From NCBI GenBank assembly GCA_045105515.1, contig JBGCDR010000082.1:1-40570 (forward strand): 40,570 bases of DNA, written 5' to 3'. A program made the position numbers and the translations under genes. Origin of the DNA: Oligoflexales bacterium. Its GTDB lineage: Bacteria; Bdellovibrionota_B; Oligoflexia; Oligoflexales; Bog-1112. Each line of letters begins with the position of its first letter. The stretch's first letter is position 1. Of this stretch, positions 29,801 through 40,447 are shown in pieces. A model generated the notes under the pieces. It did no database searches and was not told where the DNA came from. It was given only the letters and a program-made list of their open reading frames with translations.

Positions 29801-31231
29801 TTATACAAAGTTAACAGAATCAGTGGGTTGTTCGGGAATATCACAAAATATTTTTTCCGGATACCTACCGGTGAAACAGGCATAACAGTAGTCATTGCTA
29901 TTTGATGGGTGAAGAGCTTTTTTTAGTCCCTCGACACTTAGGTAAGCCATGGTATCTGCATCTAACATTTCACAAATTTCTTTAAGGGTTTTTTGGGCAG
30001 CTAAGAGCTTTTTTCTATCAGGAGTTGAAACCCCATAATAACAGGAATGGGTAATGGGAGGAGAGCCAACCCGAAAATGAATTTCTTTTGCACCTGCATT
30101 TCTAAGCATTTGGACAATCTTCACACAGGTGGTGCCTCGGACAACAGAATCATCTATAACAATAATCCGCTTATCTCTAAGTACAGACTTCACTGGATTT
30201 AACTTAAGCTTAACTCCAAAATCTCTTTTTGATTGGTATGGATCAATAAATGTTCTTCCCACGTAGTGGTTTCGTACTAGACCAAGCTCCATCGGAATTC
30301 CGGAGTTTTGGGAATAACCAATTGCCATAGGAACCCCAGAGTCAGGTACAGCTAGTACGAGGTCTGCTTCGACAGGAGATTCTTCAGCAAGTACTTCTCC
30401 CATGCGTTTACGGAGCTCGTAGATAGATTGGTTGGAGATTCTACTGTCTGGCCGAGAAAAGTATATGGGTTCGAACGCACAACTTGCTTTTGTCTCTGGC
30501 TTGGGAAGAGGATAAAATGATTCGATCCCTGCGCGAGACAGGCGTATCACTTCTCCTGGCTCTACCTCTCGAACAAAAGCTGCACCTACTAAATCTAAAG
30601 CACAGGTCTCACTGGCTAGCATCCAGGCGGGGCCTTTTTTCCCTAAAACAAGCGGACGAAAGCCAAATGGGTCTCTAATTCCATAGAGTCTATCTTTTGC
30701 GATAATTGTAAGTGCGTAAGCTCCTCGAACTTGCTCCATCACTTCAGAAATTCTTTCTCTTAAACGAGATTTCCGGCTTTTAGCTAGCAGGTGGATAAAT
30801 ACCTCTGAGTCTGTCGTGGTTGTAAAGATACTTCCACTTTCTTCAAGTGATTTTCTAAGAATAGCTGCATTAGTCAAATTGCCATTATGGGCAATAGCCA
30901 CCGGGCCGTGATGAGGAGTTCTAAAAATAAAGGGTTGAATGTTTTGTACCAGCTGGCCACCTTGGGTTGAATAGCGCACATGGCCTATTCCTAAGTCACC
31001 TTGTAAACTTTGAAGAGCTTCTTCCTGGACGCTATCCGAGACAGTGCCTAGAGCTTTGTGGTCTCTAGGTTCTATGTAAGTTTCTTTATCTTCGAAAGTT
31101 GTGATGCCAAAAGCTTCCTGGCCACGATGTTGAAGGGCATATAGGCCAAGGTATAAAGCTTGTGCAGCATCTTTACTTCCAATGATCCCTACAACTCCGC
31201 ATTCTTCATTCCATGTCTCTTCATCTAGCAT
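29801..31231 (-). CDS. purF: Amidophosphoribosyltransferase
   Basis: Propeptide then EECGVVG, LQHRGQE, GHVRYST, AHNGNLTN, DDSVVRGTT, Fe-S cysteines (CAFE, CYYG, CYAC). Confidence 0.97.
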   Translation of the reverse strand: MLDEETWNEECGVVGIIGSKDAAQALYLGLYALQHRGQEAFGITTFEDKETYIEPRDHKALGTVSDSVQEEALQSLQGDLGIGHVRYSTQGGQLVQNIQPFIFRTPHHGPVAIAHNGNLTNAAILRKSLEESGSIFTTTTDSEVFIHLLAKSRKSRLRERISEVMEQVRGAYALTIIAKDRLYGIRDPFGFRPLVLGKKGPAWMLASETCALDLVGAAFVREVEPGEVIRLSRAGIESFYPLPKPETKASCAFEPIYFSRPDSRISNQSIYELRKRMGEVLAEESPVEADLVLAVPDSGVPMAIGYSQNSGIPMELGLVRNHYVGRTFIDPYQSKRDFGVKLKLNPVKSVLRDKRIIVIDDSVVRGTTCVKIVQMLRNAGAKEIHFRVGSPPITHSCYYGVSTPDRKKLLAAQKTLKEICEMLDADTMAYLSVEGLKKALHPSNSNDYCYACFTGRYPEKIFCDIPEQPTDSVNFV

Positions 31232-31289
31232 GAGATCTTTCCTAAATTTATGAATAAGCTGGGATGAGCTTGTCTCTTGAAAGAGGCTC

Positions 31290-33584
31290 TTAAAAGGATT
31301 GTTCCTTATAGAGCATAACTAGTTCCTTCTTGTTGAAGCTTGAACCCGCAATCACAATACTCTCTTGTTTTGAAATGGCACCTATTTTTTCAAGTTTGCA
31401 AAAACTTGAACGAGAAAAACCGAGCTCTTTTAGAGTCAATTCTTTCTTACTAACCAGGAGATAGCTAGCTGGTTCTTCACAGAATGCCTCAGGGTGCAGA
31501 GGGTTGTCCCACTCTAAGCCAAAGGGTGATTGTAGCGCCATTTTAAGACTTGTGCCTAGTGCACCCCCGCCACCGAGATCACGCGCAGCAATTAAAGCAT
31601 CTTTTGCAACCAATTTTTGGATGATAGACATGGATTCTAGTTCGCAATCCCATATTATTGGTGCTAATTGACTCATTTGTGATGAAATTTGTAGGGCTTT
31701 GACTAAGCTCGAGCCAGAAAAGATCAAGGACTTTTTCCTCGGCCCCAAAAGGTATAGGTCCCCTATTTTATCTGGGTTTGCAGGTATAGCTTTTCTAACA
31801 TCATGAATCTTTCCTACCATACCAATCATGGGAGTTGGGGCTATGCTTTTGCCATCAGTCTCGTTGTAGAGACTTACATTTCCACTGACTACTGGTATCT
31901 CTAACAGGTCACATGCTAGTTTGATTCCATCTACACCCTGAGCGAAACTTTCCATGACTTCAGGGTCGCAAGGATTGCCGTAATTTAAGCAATCTGTGAT
32001 CGCTAGAGGTTTAGCTCCGGTAGCTATAATTGATCGAGCTGCTTTCATGACACTGTGAGCTGCTCCTAACATGGGATCGATCCTACAGTAGGATTCTAGG
32101 CATGCTGTGCTCGCGGCTATTCCTAAGTAAGGAGGAAGGTCTTTAATTTCTCCAAGGTCATGATTTTGTGGATCAAGCCATAGGATTGCAGATCCCTGCT
32201 CTGATGGCCCTAGCACTGTTTTGTTACCGATGTGATGGTCATACTGACTATAAACCCAAGAGCTGTCATGCATTTGTGCGATCATAAGTTTTAGTAAGTC
32301 ATTAGGTTTGAAGCTATAGAACTCTTTGCTAATCTGGCTCATAAATTCTTCACTGGAGCATTTTTGAGGAAGAGTGTGGCATAGTTTTCTTGGCCGGTCG
32401 TAACAAGGGGCGTTTGCTGCTAGTGGGCTTACAGGAACATCTAGCTCGATCACACCTTTGTAAATCGCTTTAACTCTGCCAGAATCTGTTACTTTGCCTA
32501 TTATTGCATGAGACAGCTGCCACTTATCAAAGATGCGTTTAAGCTGTGGCCATTTATGCTCTTCTACAACCATGGCCATTCGTTCCTGTGACTCAGATAA
32601 CAGTAATTCGTAGGCACTCATTTTTGTTGTTCTTACAGGAACTTTTTCCAGGTCAATGAGCAGGCCGCTATTCCCCCTGTCTGCCATTTCGAAAAGAGAC
32701 GATGTTAAGCCTGCAGCACCCATGTCTTGGATGCCGACAACTAGATTATTCTTTAAAGCTTCTAGCGTAGCTTCAAGTAATAGTTTTTCACAGAAAGGAT
32801 CACCAACCTGTATTGCAGAGCGTTCTGAAGCATCTTCTGAGTCGAAACTGTCAGAGGCCATCGTTGCGCCATGGATGCCATCACGCCCGGTTGCTGAGCC
32901 TACATAGATAACTAAATTACCTTCCCCTGAAGCGTGTCCTTTGAAGATGGCATTTTCATGGATGATGCCTACAGTCATAGCATTGACAAGTATGTTTCCA
33001 TTGTAGGAACTGTCAAAACTTACACTGCCTCCTACAGTCGGGACGCCAATGCAGTTGCCATAATCACCGATTCCCTTGACAACTCCAGATGCAAGCCATT
33101 GTGTCTTAGGGTGGGCTTTCTCTCCAAACCTAAGGGAATTCAGGTTAGCAATTGGACGAGCCCCCATACAGAAAACATCCCGGAGGATCCCGCCAACCCC
33201 AGTTGCCGCTCCTTGGTAAGGGTCAATAAAGCTAGGGTGGTTGTGGCTTTCCATTTTAAAAGCAACACAAAGTTGATTCCAGACTCTGACCACTCCTGCA
33301 TTCTCTCCAGGGCCCACCACTACATCAGGGCCACTGCTTGGCAGGCGCTTTAAATGTATTCGCGAAGATTTGTAACTACAGTGCTCGCTCCACATAGCAG
33401 AGAATACGCCCAATTCTGCAAGGCTCGGGCTTCTACCAAGAATTTCGAGGATTTTCTGAAATTCAGTTTCAGATAATTTGTGCTGCTCAAGCATGCTCTT
33501 GCAGTGCTCATGGTCTTTGAAAGGATTAAAACTTTTAGCAACTTGTAAATTTTTCAATGATTGGGGAAAAAGCGAATCATTCAT
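31290..33584 (-). CDS. purL: Phosphoribosylformylglycinamidine synthase subunit PurL (small type)
   Basis: [46 protein letters not shown]. Confidence 0.96.
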   Translation of the reverse strand: MNDSLFPQSLKNLQVAKSFNPFKDHEHCKSMLEQHKLSETEFQKILEILGRSPSLAELGVFSAMWSEHCSYKSSRIHLKRLPSSGPDVVVGPGENAGVVRVWNQLCVAFKMESHNHPSFIDPYQGAATGVGGILRDVFCMGARPIANLNSLRFGEKAHPKTQWLASGVVKGIGDYGNCIGVPTVGGSVSFDSSYNGNILVNAMTVGIIHENAIFKGHASGEGNLVIYVGSATGRDGIHGATMASDSFDSEDASERSAIQVGDPFCEKLLLEATLEALKNNLVVGIQDMGAAGLTSSLFEMADRGNSGLLIDLEKVPVRTTKMSAYELLLSESQERMAMVVEEHKWPQLKRIFDKWQLSHAIIGKVTDSGRVKAIYKGVIELDVPVSPLAANAPCYDRPRKLCHTLPQKCSSEEFMSQISKEFYSFKPNDLLKLMIAQMHDSSWVYSQYDHHIGNKTVLGPSEQGSAILWLDPQNHDLGEIKDLPPYLGIAASTACLESYCRIDPMLGAAHSVMKAARSIIATGAKPLAITDCLNYGNPCDPEVMESFAQGVDGIKLACDLLEIPVVSGNVSLYNETDGKSIAPTPMIGMVGKIHDVRKAIPANPDKIGDLYLLGPRKKSLIFSGSSLVKALQISSQMSQLAPIIWDCELESMSIIQKLVAKDALIAARDLGGGGALGTSLKMALQSPFGLEWDNPLHPEAFCEEPASYLLVSKKELTLKELGFSRSSFCKLEKIGAISKQESIVIAGSSFNKKELVMLYKEQSF

Positions 33585-33661
33585 AGAAACATCCTTGGTA
33601 AAGATGGTGTTGTATTTTGGGATCTATGGTGTTTACTTGCAAAAATTGAAGAAGACAGTGC

Positions 33662-34351
33662 CTATAAGAAACTTGCTAAAAAAGCCTTAAAAACTTTAAT
33701 CCCATCTGCTCCCTTAAGAAGATCATCACAGGCACGCTCTGGGTGAGGCATAAGTCCAAGAATTTTTCCACTTCTTGAGCATATACCGGCGATGTCTTTG
33801 ACAGAGCCATTAGGATTATCACAATACTTGAAAACGATCTGCCCTTGGTCTTGTAAATTCTTTAAGCCGTCTTTGTCTATATAGTAGCGACCTTCACCAT
33901 GAGCAACGGGGAGCCTAAGTCTTGAATTTTTCCCTAGCAATGATTGATAGATATTTGAACCCTCAGTTCCAAGGCTAAGTTCCACTGGTTTACAAACAAA
34001 CCGTTTGCTAAGGTTGGGAAGAAGAGTTCCAGGTAATAGTCCAGACTCTGTCAAGATTTGAAAGCCATTACATATTCCTAATATTGGACCACCTTTATCT
34101 GCAAAGCTTTTTACAGCTTCCATGCATGGAGATAAGCTTGCTAAATGTCCACTGCGGAGGTAGTCACCAAAAGAAAATCCACCAGGGATGATGAGCGCTT
34201 GTAGCTGAGGCAAGCTTCGCTCATGGTGCCAAATTGGAATGATGTTGATACCAAAGTACTTCTTGAAAGCCCATTCGCAGTCTGGTTCGCAATTTGAACC
34301 AGGGAATGTAAGCACGCCAATCTTTGCGGGGGATGGGGTAGGCATGCTCAT
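33662..34351 (-). CDS. purQ: FGAM synthase glutaminase subunit PurQ
   Basis: FPGSNC, PGGFSFGDYLR, GICNGFQIL, GLMPHPER. Confidence 0.96.
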   Translation of the reverse strand: MSMPTPSPAKIGVLTFPGSNCEPDCEWAFKKYFGINIIPIWHHERSLPQLQALIIPGGFSFGDYLRSGHLASLSPCMEAVKSFADKGGPILGICNGFQILTESGLLPGTLLPNLSKRFVCKPVELSLGTEGSNIYQSLLGKNSRLRLPVAHGEGRYYIDKDGLKNLQDQGQIVFKYCDNPNGSVKDIAGICSRSGKILGLMPHPERACDDLLKGADGIKVFKAFLASFL

Positions 34352-34593
34352 GACTCAACTCGATGTATTTCATAAGATTCCGCAACAGGGTTGCTAAGGT
34401 GTGACGAAGCGATTAGGTGAGCTTCTTTTTCAGCTTCTGGTAGGTCAGAGTGTTCTATTGAAATTAGATAACGTTTTGAGACTTCGATTTTCTCTAGGTT
34501 CTTAAACCCGATTCTTTTTAGTGTGTCGGTTATGGTGCGACCTTCTGGGTCTAAAACTTCTTTCTTGGGCTGGACAATAATTTCAAAATCCAT
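34348..34593 (-). CDS. purS: FGAM synthase subunit PurS
   Basis: VLDPEG.TI...L and LSNPVAESY motifs; overlaps the purQ start. Confidence 0.93.
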   Translation of the reverse strand: MDFEIIVQPKKEVLDPEGRTITDTLKRIGFKNLEKIEVSKRYLISIEHSDLPEAEKEAHLIASSHLSNPVAESYEIHRVES

Positions 34594-34638
34594 GATTCAT
34601 CCTAAGTCATGAAAAATAGGTGAAGTTAAACAATACGT

Positions 34639-35394
34639 CTATGAGTCTTCTTCGGAGCACAAAGAAGCGTTGATATACTCTCGGTTAAGTCTGGCTATAT
34701 TGCTAACGCTAATTTCCTTGGGGCAGACTGCTTCGCATTCAAAAGTGTTGGAACAATTTCCAAAACCTTCGGCATCCATTTGTGAAACCATTTTTACTGC
34801 TCTTCGTTGTTTTTCTACTTGTCCCTGTGGCAAAAGACTTAGCTGGGAAACCTTTGCGCCAACAAACAGCATGGCGGAGGAGTTTTTGCATGCAGCTACA
34901 CATGCTCCACAGCCTATGCAAGTTGCGGCGTCCATTGCCAGATCTGCCACTGTTTTCGAAATGGGTATTGCGTTGGCATCAGGTATCCCTCCAGTAGAAA
35001 CTGATACGAACCCTCCCGCTTGAATGATGCGATCAAAAGCGCTTCGGTCGGTAACTAAGTCTCTGATTACAGGAAAAGCATTGGCGCGCCATGGTTCGAT
35101 GTAGATATTATCCCCGTCTTTGAAGGAGCGCATGTGCAACTGGCATGTTGTAGTGCCCTCTTGAGGCCCATGGGCAATGCCATTTATGACCATAGAGCAG
35201 GTTCCGCAGATACCTTCTCTACAATCGTGGTCGAAGGCCACAGCGTCCTTATTTTCTAAGACTAGTTTTTCATTCAATATGTCTAGCATTTCCAAAAAAG
35301 ACATATCGGGACTGACGTCGTCAAGCTGGTAGGCTTCAAAATTTCCTTCAGATTGACTGTTTTTTTGTCTCCAGATATTAAGGGTCAACCTCAC
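34639..35394 (-). CDS. sdhB: Succinate dehydrogenase/fumarate reductase Fe-S subunit
   Basis: [36 protein letters not shown]. Confidence 0.95.
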   Translation of the reverse strand: MRLTLNIWRQKNSQSEGNFEAYQLDDVSPDMSFLEMLDILNEKLVLENKDAVAFDHDCREGICGTCSMVINGIAHGPQEGTTTCQLHMRSFKDGDNIYIEPWRANAFPVIRDLVTDRSAFDRIIQAGGFVSVSTGGIPDANAIPISKTVADLAMDAATCIGCGACVAACKNSSAMLFVGAKVSQLSLLPQGQVEKQRRAVKMVSQMDAEGFGNCSNTFECEAVCPKEISVSNIARLNREYINASLCSEEDS

Positions 35395-37310
35395 TTGTAA
35401 CTCCTAGTGGCAAGCTTAACGTTTTCGAAAATCAATGGTTCCTCATGACGATTTGGCTCTGATGTCTCACCTTGGTATTCCCATACTGCAGCGTGAGCAA
35501 AGCTTTGGTCGTTGCGTTTTGCCTCCCCTTCGTCAGTTTGGTGTTCCTCACGAAAGTGTCCTCCACAAGATTCTTCTCTGACAAGGGCATCGCGGCACAT
35601 TAGTTCACCAAACTCTAAAAAGTCTCCGACTCGGCCAGCCAACTCTAGCTGTTGGTTAAACTCTTCTCCCGATCCGCTTACTTTGACATTTTTCCAGAAT
35701 TCTTCCCGGAGCTCAGGGATTTTTTTCAAAGCTTCTTCTAGTCCGGATTTATTTCTAGCCATTCCGCACTTTTCCCACATTATATTTCCCAGTTCTTTGT
35801 GGAATTGCTTAGGGCTCTTCTTACCATTAATATTTAATAGCTTATTGACCCTTTCTTTAACGTTCTTTTCTGTTTCTTCGAAAGCTTGGTCTTCAGGATT
35901 TACCTCTCCAGCTTTAACAGAGGCTAGATAGTTAGCTATCGTGTATGGAAGTACAAAATAGCCATCAGCGAGCCCCTGCATCAGAGCACTGGCACCTAGC
36001 CGATTTGCTCCGTGGTCAGAAAAATTTGCCTCTCCAATTACATGCAAACCTGGGATGTTGCTTTGAAGATTATAGTCGACCCAAAGACCACCCATGGTGT
36101 AGTGAACTGCAGGATATATTCGCATTGGCATTTCATATGGGTTTTCGTCGGTAATTTTATGGTACATGTGGAAGAGGTTACCATATCTTTCAGATACTTT
36201 TTTCTTTCCAAGTCTTTTTATGGCGTCAGCAAAATCTAGATATACTCCTAACCCTGTTTCGCCAATTCCTCTGCCATCATCACACGCTTCTTTCGCACTT
36301 CTTGAGGCAATGTCTCTAGGGGCAAGGTTCCCGAAACTAGGATATTTACGTTCAAGGTAATAATCCCTTTCTGAATCAGGGATTTCGCTAGCCTTGCGTT
36401 TATCCCCTTTTTCGAGCGGTACCCAAACTCTGCCGTCATTTCTGAGTGATTCGGACATCAGTGTGAGTTTGGATTGATGGTCACCACTTACGGGAATGCA
36501 GGTAGGGTGAATCTGCGTATAGCAGGGATTAGCGAACCCTGCGCCGCGTTTGTAAGCTCTATAGGTTGCTGTTACATTGCAACCGGTGGCGTTTGTTGAA
36601 AGAAAGAAAGTATTACCGTATCCACCCGTTGCTAGCACTACTGTATCTGCAAAATGTCTGGTGATCTTACCGGTCACCAGGCTACGGGCAATGATTCCTT
36701 TTGCTGCACCGTTAATTAGCACTAAATCAAGCATTTCCGTTCTCGAATACATCTTGATCGTGCCAAGACCAATTTGCCGAGAGAGTGCTGAATAAGCCCC
36801 CAAAAGGAGTTGTTGTCCAGTTTGGCCCCGAGCATAAAATGTCCTTGAAACTTGAGCTCCACCAAAAGAACGATTGTCCAACAAGCCACCGTAGTCACGT
36901 GCAAATGGCACCCCTTGAGCAACAGCTTGGTCAATAATATTACCAGACACCTCAGCGAGTCTGTAGACATTCGCTTCACGAGAACGAAAATCACCCCCTT
37001 TTATGGTGTCATAAAAGAGTCTAAAAACGCTATCTCCGTCGCTAGGATAATTTTTTGAGGCATTGATTCCACCTTGAGCAGCAATACTGTGAGCACGACG
37101 TGGGCTGTCTTGATAGCAGAAGCACTCTACCTGGTAGCCAAGTTCAGCGAGAGATGCTGCAGCAGAAGCGCCAGCAAGCCCTGTGCCAACAACAATAACT
37201 TTATATTTGCGCTTATTCGCAGGAGATACAAGTTTCATTTCAAACTTATGACGGGTCCATTTTTGCTCTAAGGGCCCAGTTGGCAAATTAGCGTCAAGCT
37301 TCATGGTCAC
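35391..37310 (-). CDS. sdhA: Succinate dehydrogenase/fumarate reductase flavoprotein subunit
   Basis: [20 protein letters not shown] (FAD-His), [26 protein letters not shown]. Confidence 0.95.
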   Translation of the reverse strand: MTMKLDANLPTGPLEQKWTRHKFEMKLVSPANKRKYKVIVVGTGLAGASAAASLAELGYQVECFCYQDSPRRAHSIAAQGGINASKNYPSDGDSVFRLFYDTIKGGDFRSREANVYRLAEVSGNIIDQAVAQGVPFARDYGGLLDNRSFGGAQVSRTFYARGQTGQQLLLGAYSALSRQIGLGTIKMYSRTEMLDLVLINGAAKGIIARSLVTGKITRHFADTVVLATGGYGNTFFLSTNATGCNVTATYRAYKRGAGFANPCYTQIHPTCIPVSGDHQSKLTLMSESLRNDGRVWVPLEKGDKRKASEIPDSERDYYLERKYPSFGNLAPRDIASRSAKEACDDGRGIGETGLGVYLDFADAIKRLGKKKVSERYGNLFHMYHKITDENPYEMPMRIYPAVHYTMGGLWVDYNLQSNIPGLHVIGEANFSDHGANRLGASALMQGLADGYFVLPYTIANYLASVKAGEVNPEDQAFEETEKNVKERVNKLLNINGKKSPKQFHKELGNIMWEKCGMARNKSGLEEALKKIPELREEFWKNVKVSGSGEEFNQQLELAGRVGDFLEFGELMCRDALVREESCGGHFREEHQTDEGEAKRNDQSFAHAAVWEYQGETSEPNRHEEPLIFENVKLATRSYK

Positions 37311-37331
37311 TTCCTTATTTTGTAGACTCTG

Positions 37332-37997
37332 TTATTTAATCAAACCAAACATGATCGAAAGTGGGATAGAAAGATAGCCAATCGCTAATAAAGAGCTAAT
37401 AGCTGGACCTAAAGCGCGAATAAGGCCATTGTATTTCGAATGATTTAATCCCAATGTCTGAAATAGGCTGCTAATTCCATGGCTCAAATGTACCATCAGA
37501 AGCATAACGCAGACGCTATATAAAATAGCAAGAAGAGGTGATGAAAAGCTAAGCATAAGCATTTTGTATACGTCATATTCTCCTAAACTTTGAAAGTCAG
37601 GGTGGGTAAAACGAAAAGTCAAATGTGCAAGGTGATATAGGATAAACGCGAGGACGACTACTCCTGTTAGACCCATGTAACGTGAGGCAAAACTTGCTTT
37701 AACGCTGTTGTTAACCTTGTATTTAACAGGTTTTGCTTTTTGGTTCATTCGCGTTAATTTGATTCCAGAAAAGATATGGAGAACTGCAATCACTATCAGC
37801 CCTATACGCAGCAACCAAAGAATTGGCAAGTAATCCCTTAAGGTTTTCGCGTACAAATTAATTGCTTCCTCACCGGCAAATACTAATAAGTTTCCGGAAA
37901 GATGGGCTAAGAGAAACCCAACAAGAAGTAGCCCTGAAACGGACATGATAACCTTACAACCAATAGAAGAATTAAGCGGTCGGCTTACCCAGCTCAT
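37332..37997 (-). CDS. sdhC: Succinate dehydrogenase cytochrome b subunit (single five-TM anchor)
   Basis: Five hydrophobic helices with His residues (AHL.GN, LHI, YHL, HLSHG..S.FQTLG); first gene of sdhCAB. Confidence 0.93.
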   Translation of the reverse strand: MSWVSRPLNSSIGCKVIMSVSGLLLVGFLLAHLSGNLLVFAGEEAINLYAKTLRDYLPILWLLRIGLIVIAVLHIFSGIKLTRMNQKAKPVKYKVNNSVKASFASRYMGLTGVVVLAFILYHLAHLTFRFTHPDFQSLGEYDVYKMLMLSFSSPLLAILYSVCVMLLMVHLSHGISSLFQTLGLNHSKYNGLIRALGPAISSLLAIGYLSIPLSIMFGLIK

Positions 37998-38224
37998 TGT
38001 TATCCTTAACGTTTGAATGATTGTTGCAGAATCGTTTACCAGCCATAACGTACCTTATAGGTAATAATGTCATATCCTAAGTAGGCTTTAAATTCCAATC
38101 TTAAAAAAGCCACTAGATCTTGAGACCTGAAATACATAACGAACTGAAAAACATTGGAAATGAAGAGCGCAGAGAAAATCAAAGATCAAAATCTAAAACA
38201 TAGAAAGGAAATGAGAGTACAAGG

Positions 38225-39247
38225 TTAAATGGCAACTTGCATCGAGATATTAACAGCTTGATGGAGGGATGGGTCGGAAGTGTATGGTTGGCTAATCATA
38301 TAAGAAAGTGAGTAGCTTTGGTTTACAAGTGCAATGCCTCCGCCTATGAGCCGTCGTCCACTTCCTGAAAGGTCTTGCCCAGTTGCAAAAAGCAGTCTTA
38401 GGAGATCTTGGACTCTGACGGATGCAGATCCGGTTACCAGCTGCTCGGGTTTTTCTAGTTGCTCTTCAGCAAGCTCTACAGCATCTATGTCAATAGAAAG
38501 CGATTCTTTCTCATGAAAGACGCGGTCCCTTTGTAGGTAATCGCAATGCAAGGTGAGGTTTCCCCCAAACAAAGAGTACGCAACCCCAGCTCGTAAAGTT
38601 TTTGGGGCCAAGTCTCTAACTTTTTTGTTGCTTAGGTTTTCACCGGATATCCCAAATCTTAGACCTTCTGTCAAAAGGCCTGCAATACCAAAGCCTAGAG
38701 TGGCACTTTTCACAAGGCTATTCCTATTGTTAATATTAAAGTTTCCTGCAGTAGGTAAAAAACCCTCCACATACTGGCCGCTCACTCCTATTGATAATTT
38801 ATTAAACGACTGAGCCATACCACCTGCTAAACGGTATTTGATGGGAGAGTCGTAAAAAGATTCAAATTGATCATTGTTAGAAGCGCGAGCGTCATAGCCC
38901 TTGAAGTCATTTTGTGAGGATGTGTAGACAACTCCAGCTGCCACATTAGAAGTCTTCCCGTCTACTGCACCAGCCTGGTAAAACTCGCGACCAACGGATG
39001 GCCAGTGATAACCTGCAGATACAGAATATTGCTTTTCTAGTGCCAACATTGCTGGGTTGCTTCTTACAGAACCTAATCCGGAAGTTGCAGCAGTGCCTCC
39101 ATTTGCGAAACCAAGAGCGTGGCCACCTAAGCTCTCATATTCATCTGGAATTCTCTGTGCTTGTGGTTTGCCAACAGCTGGTGAAACCGTCATTAGCTGT
39201 ACAGTCACACCAAAAGCTAAAGTTATGAAGTTTGACCAACATCTCAT
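38225..39247 (-). CDS. Hypothetical outer-membrane beta-barrel, FadL/PorV-like N-terminus
   Basis: Signal peptide; GGHALGFANGGTAA...SVRSNPAML resembles the G.RA.GMG....A......NPA.L plug motif; amphipathic beta strands follow. Confidence 0.6.
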   Translation of the reverse strand: MRCWSNFITLAFGVTVQLMTVSPAVGKPQAQRIPDEYESLGGHALGFANGGTAATSGLGSVRSNPAMLALEKQYSVSAGYHWPSVGREFYQAGAVDGKTSNVAAGVVYTSSQNDFKGYDARASNNDQFESFYDSPIKYRLAGGMAQSFNKLSIGVSGQYVEGFLPTAGNFNINNRNSLVKSATLGFGIAGLLTEGLRFGISGENLSNKKVRDLAPKTLRAGVAYSLFGGNLTLHCDYLQRDRVFHEKESLSIDIDAVELAEEQLEKPEQLVTGSASVRVQDLLRLLFATGQDLSGSGRRLIGGGIALVNQSYSLSYMISQPYTSDPSLHQAVNISMQVAI

Positions 39248-39294
39248 GGGTGCATCCAGTGTTTGAGGTATAGGTTAAAGCTTACAATACGATA

Positions 39295-39672
39295 CTAGCG
39301 TTTTGCGCCAGCTGGTACTTTAGCCTGTTTAACACTTCTATCGCCTTGAGGCTTTGTAAAGCGAGTGACATGCTCTTTCAGCACCTTTAGCTGGCTGCCG
39401 CCTATATCAATTGTAACAAATTCTTCCGCGACACTTCTAATCCTGCCAATAATTCCGCCGCTGGTAACAATTTCATCTCCGGCTTTCAAGTTTTTTAAAA
39501 GCTCAGCTTGCTCCTTTGCCTTCTTTGCTTGAGGGCGAATCATAACAAAGTACATCATGACGAAGATCAGTATTAACGGGAACATGTTTTCTATCATGCT
39601 CATAAATGCAGGTGGCTGTTGTGCAGCAGCGGTATCGCTTGCTTGAGCTATAGCAGTGTCAATAAAACTCAT
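39295..39672 (-). CDS. yajC: Preprotein translocase subunit YajC
   Basis: MYFVMIRPQAKK, LKAGDEIVTSGGIIG. Confidence 0.95.
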   Translation of the reverse strand: MSFIDTAIAQASDTAAAQQPPAFMSMIENMFPLILIFVMMYFVMIRPQAKKAKEQAELLKNLKAGDEIVTSGGIIGRIRSVAEEFVTIDIGGSQLKVLKEHVTRFTKPQGDRSVKQAKVPAGAKR

Positions 39673-39926
39673 AAAATCTCCTTTTTATCTGAACAACCAA
39701 AAAAAAATATTGGTAATTTTAATAGCGATGTCCAGGCATGTTATCTGTACTTGAAATAAATACCTACGCAGATCAATAAAGTGAATCGCGGGATAAAGAC
39801 TCTTCAGAGTTATAGCTTATATGTGTTCCTGCATTAAAGTGTCTTTTAAAATATCCGATGGATTCTTCAAATTCTAGTACAACTGGTAATAGATGTGCAC
39901 AACCATTATCCATTGAGGGAGATGTT

Positions 39927-40295
39927 ATGACTTTGGTTTTAAAACCTGTTAAGAGATTAATATTTTTAGTTCTTTTACCTGTCTTTATTCTTGGTTTTTT
40001 GAACGCTTGTGGAAGTGATGATGACGATGAGGATACGGCAACAGCTACTTCTTTGGCGTTTAGCGATGTTTCCTCCATTATCGAAGCTAGCTGTGGAGGC
40101 GGTGATTGTCACGGATCAGGAGCTGGAAATAATGTTTATGTTGGTAACGAGACGCTTGTAAATTCAAACGCTGCGGCGATTACTACTAGGGTTGAGGCTA
40201 CTGGAGGTACCATGATGCCTCCTGAAACCGCTACTGACAAGGCACTAAGCGCTGCAGATAAAACGACTCTACTAAACTATCTCTCTCAACAATAA
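39927..40295 (+). CDS. Lipoprotein, putative monohaem c-type cytochrome
   Basis: Likely start ATG 39927 after GAGGGAG; lipobox FLNA-C; acidic linker; CGGGDCH motif; MMPP; C-terminal helix LSAADKTTLLNYL. Confidence 0.65.
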   Translation: MTLVLKPVKRLIFLVLLPVFILGFLNACGSDDDDEDTATATSLAFSDVSSIIEASCGGGDCHGSGAGNNVYVGNETLVNSNAAAITTRVEATGGTMMPPETATDKALSAADKTTLLNYLSQQ

Positions 40296-40365
40296 TCTGT
40301 GTAATTAAAAAATTTGAGCGATATATCACTTTTATTAATCCCGCCGTAACATTCAAAAAAAAAGT

Positions 40366-40394
40366 TTGACACATGGGAGGTTCTCCCGTAAAAA
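40366..40394 (+). promoter_or_regulatory. Putative rRNA operon promoter
   Basis: A-tract (UP-element-like), then TTGACA-17 nt-TAAAAA, then a C-rich discriminator CCACCCTC, upstream of boxB/boxA. Confidence 0.6.
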
Positions 40395-40403
40395 CCACCC
40401 TCG

Positions 40404-40447
40404 TTCCAACAACAAGTTGGAAAAAAAAAAGCTCTTTGAAAACTGAA
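40404..40447 (+). promoter_or_regulatory. rRNA leader antitermination elements (boxB-like hairpin and boxA)
   Basis: TTCCAAC-5 nt-GTTGGAA hairpin followed by GCTCTTTGAAAACTGAA, a typical rrn boxA. No mature 16S sequence is inside the window. Confidence 0.75.
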
